Translations under genes and position numbers: made by a program
NCBI GenBank assembly: GCA_051294375.1
Contig: JBJCIZ010001664.1
Location: 1-61,675, forward strand
DNA: 61,675 nucleotides
DNA from: Paraspadella gotoi
Taxonomy: Eukaryota; Animalia; Chaetognatha
Direction of reading: 5' to 3'
In this document: piece after piece, positions 59,907 to 61,675 of the stretch
Numbering within the stretch: the stretch's first letter is position 1
How the letters are laid out: each line of letters begins with the position of its first letter
The notes under the pieces: generated by a model
What the model was told of the DNA's origin: nothing
Database searches by the model: none
Seen by the model: the letters and a program-made list of their open reading frames with translations, nothing else

Positions 59907-60235
59907 TATTAATGATTTTAAACGTTAGTGTCTTTTGGTTTTATTGAATTTCAATATGTAGTTTAGTTTTTACTTGTTTTCCAGTCTTTTAAACGTTAGT
60001 GTCTTTTGTTTTTACATAGTTTAGTTTTTCCAGTCTTTTAGACTGTTACAGTTTACGATTATTAATGATTATTATTATTATTATTAATTATTATTATTAT
60101 TAATGATTTTAAACGTTAGTGTCTTTTGTTTTTATTGAATTTCAATATGTAGTTTAGTTTTTACTTGTTTTCCAGTCTTTTAAACGTTAGTATCTTTTGT
60201 TTTACATAGTTTAGTTTTCCAGTCCTTTACACTGT
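59907..60235 (+). repeat. Tandem duplication with four TTTTAAACGTTAGT subunits
   Basis: Two ~130-bp blocks, each a dimer, separated by an (ATT)n stretch. Confidence 0.8.
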
Positions 60236-61091
60236 TACTGTTTGTGTTTATGTCAATGCTGTTTTTGGTATTAATAAATATAAAAAAATTTTAAAAAAAT
60301 TTCTTTTTCTTATGTTTTTTCCATTTAAACTCATTTCCACTGGCACAATTTCATCTAAACTTTATATCTAGATTCTTCAAACACTTTCCTACCCGCTCAA
60401 AATTATATCTCAATCTATTAAGGGTTAAAATAAGTAAAAAGATTCAGGTAAATGTGACTCATATTTTTTTCATTTAAACTCATTTCCACTCGTACGTTTC
60501 CACCGAAACTTTATATCAAGCATCGTTACACATTTTTCTACCCACACAAAAAATTTGAACTCAATCTATCCATCCAATTATGATTAATTAGAGTACTTAT
60601 TGGTTAAAATAAGTAAAACTATTTTAGTAAATGCGACTTATGTTTTTTCCACTTAAACTCAATTCCACTCACACGATTCCGTCGAAACCTTTTATCCAGC
60701 TTTATCACACACTTTCCTACCCACACACAAAATTTAATTCCAATCCAACTAGTCAATCACGAGTTATTAGAGCTTTTTGCTAAGGTGGAACGGATGGACG
60801 GATTGATTGACGATTAATTAATTACTGATTAATTAATTGACTAATTGATTAATTAACTGATTAATTATTTGATTTATTAATACATCCTGCATATACATTT
60901 AATATAAACGGAAAAAGAATCATAATCAATTAGTGAAACAGGTTTTTTGTTTTTTCCATTTAAACTCATTTCCACTCAAAAGATTCCATCGAAACTTGGT
61001 TTCCTGTTCATTGAACAGTGTTCAATCACACACTTTTCTACTCACATACAAAATTCCAGGTCAATCGATAATTAAGTGGTAATGAGCTAAC

Positions 61092-61332
61092 TTGGTCAAC
61101 TTGCATAATTTAATCAACTTGCATAATTTCGTCAACTGACATAATTTGGTTAACTGACATAATTTAGTTTACTGACATAATTTGGTCAACTGACATAATT
61201 TGGTCCACTGACATAAACCGGCATAATTTGGTCAACTGGCATAATTTTATCAACTGGCCTAATTTGGTCAACTGGCATAATTTGGTCAACAGGCATAATT
61301 TGGTCAACTTGCAGAACTTGATCAACTTGCTG
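61092..61332 (+). repeat. 18-bp minisatellite (same family as 57965)
   Basis: CATAATTTGGTCAACTGG units. These account for the spurious ORF 61228-61551. Confidence 0.9.
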
Positions 61333-61675
61333 NNNNNNNNNNNNNNNNNNNNNNNNNNNNNNNNNNNNNNNNNNNNNNNNNNNNNNNNNNNNNNNNNNNN
61401 NNNNNNNNNNNNNNNNNNNNNNNNNNNNNNNNNNNNNNNNNNNNNNNNNNNNNNNNNNNNNNNNNNNNNNNNNNNNNNNNNNNNNNNNNNNNNNNNNNNN
61501 NNNNNNNNNNNNNNNNNNNNNNNNNNNNNNNNNTTATTAATTATTAATTAATTATTAATTAATAATTATTAATAAATAATTATTATTAATTTATTAATTA
61601 TTAATTAATTAATTAATTAATTAATTTATTTATTTTTAATTAATTATTAATTATTAATTATTAATTAATTATTAA

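Overview
This is AT-rich eukaryotic (probably invertebrate) DNA dominated by nested retrotransposons, from a gap-filled assembly with many indel errors and N runs. The main element is a Ty3/Gypsy-type LTR retroelement present as about five partial copies in two subfamilies; the best copy is 9937-20724 (+), with LTR-PBS-gag-protease-RT-RNaseH-integrase-env-PPT-LTR. It has three unusual traits. First, its env resembles chuvirus/herpes-gB-type (class III) fusion glycoproteins. Second, its LTR ends are non-canonical (5'-CATAAAC...GTT(A/C)ACG-3') and CTAT lies at all three visible host junctions. Third, an OTU-like domain lacking catalytic residues sits between RNase H and integrase. A BEL/Pao-type element (minus strand) abuts the env gene at the same site in two places. 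Also present are three exons of a host immunoglobulin-superfamily gene (8114-9920), a TA-flanked fold-back MITE, a Chapaev-like MITE with a 4-bp TSD, telomere-like repeats, a roughly 7-kb inverted-repeat structure, and mini- and microsatellites. All family assignments come from motif recognition by eye; no searches were run.
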